Both the position numbers and the translations under genes were made by a program. The notes below the pieces were generated by a model. It was not told where the DNA came from. It worked only from the letters and a program-made list of their open reading frames with translations, and did not search any database. From positions 933,440-997,439 of the forward strand of contig NW_005201792.1 of assembly GCF_000372725.1 (NCBI RefSeq): DNA of 64,000 nt, in the 5' to 3' direction. Origin of the DNA: Emiliania huxleyi CCMP1516 (Eukaryota). Of this stretch, positions 63,906 to 64,000 are shown piece by piece. Position 1 is the stretch's first letter. Every line of letters begins with the position of its first letter.

Positions 63906-64000
63906 GTATGCTGTTGCTGCTGGCTTGCTGGATGCTGGTCTCACAGTGTGCCGTCAGTCGCCGAGCAGTGTCGCTCCTGTGTGTAGTTTTTGCGACTTGC

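Overview
Very GC-rich, intron-containing eukaryotic DNA. Frequent GC-AG introns, TTAGGG tracts inside introns and a front-end desaturase I recall as the Emiliania (Gephyrocapsa) huxleyi delta-4 enzyme point to a haptophyte nuclear scaffold (inference, not checked). About 18 protein genes are present: an F-box/SPRY protein, an AzgA purine permease, HAT1, BRE1, a GONST-type nucleotide-sugar transporter, a four-domain EEEE Ca2+ channel, plastid PDH E2, bL36m, an EEVS-type sugar-phosphate cyclase, an alpha-carbonic anhydrase, a TPR-DnaJ protein, the desaturase, CDC7 and others. Between them lie nested non-autonomous DNA transposons (hAT with 8-bp TSDs, Harbinger-like with 3-bp TSDs) and non-LTR retroelement relics. 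Main points of interest: (1) the Ca2+ channel encodes a calmodulin-N-lobe-like EF-hand pair in its II-III linker plus a C-terminal IQ-like motif; (2) the EEVS-type cyclase has an extra SnoaL-like N-terminal region and no visible partner gene; (3) two small transposons carry chromodomain/PHD or chromo-like cargo; (4) a hAT element carries telomeric tracts and a 180-bp hairpin satellite; (5) several introns have a duplicated splice junction around simple-repeat filler. Assembly gaps: 14971-15070, 54745-54844, 60345-60739. All exon boundaries were read by eye.
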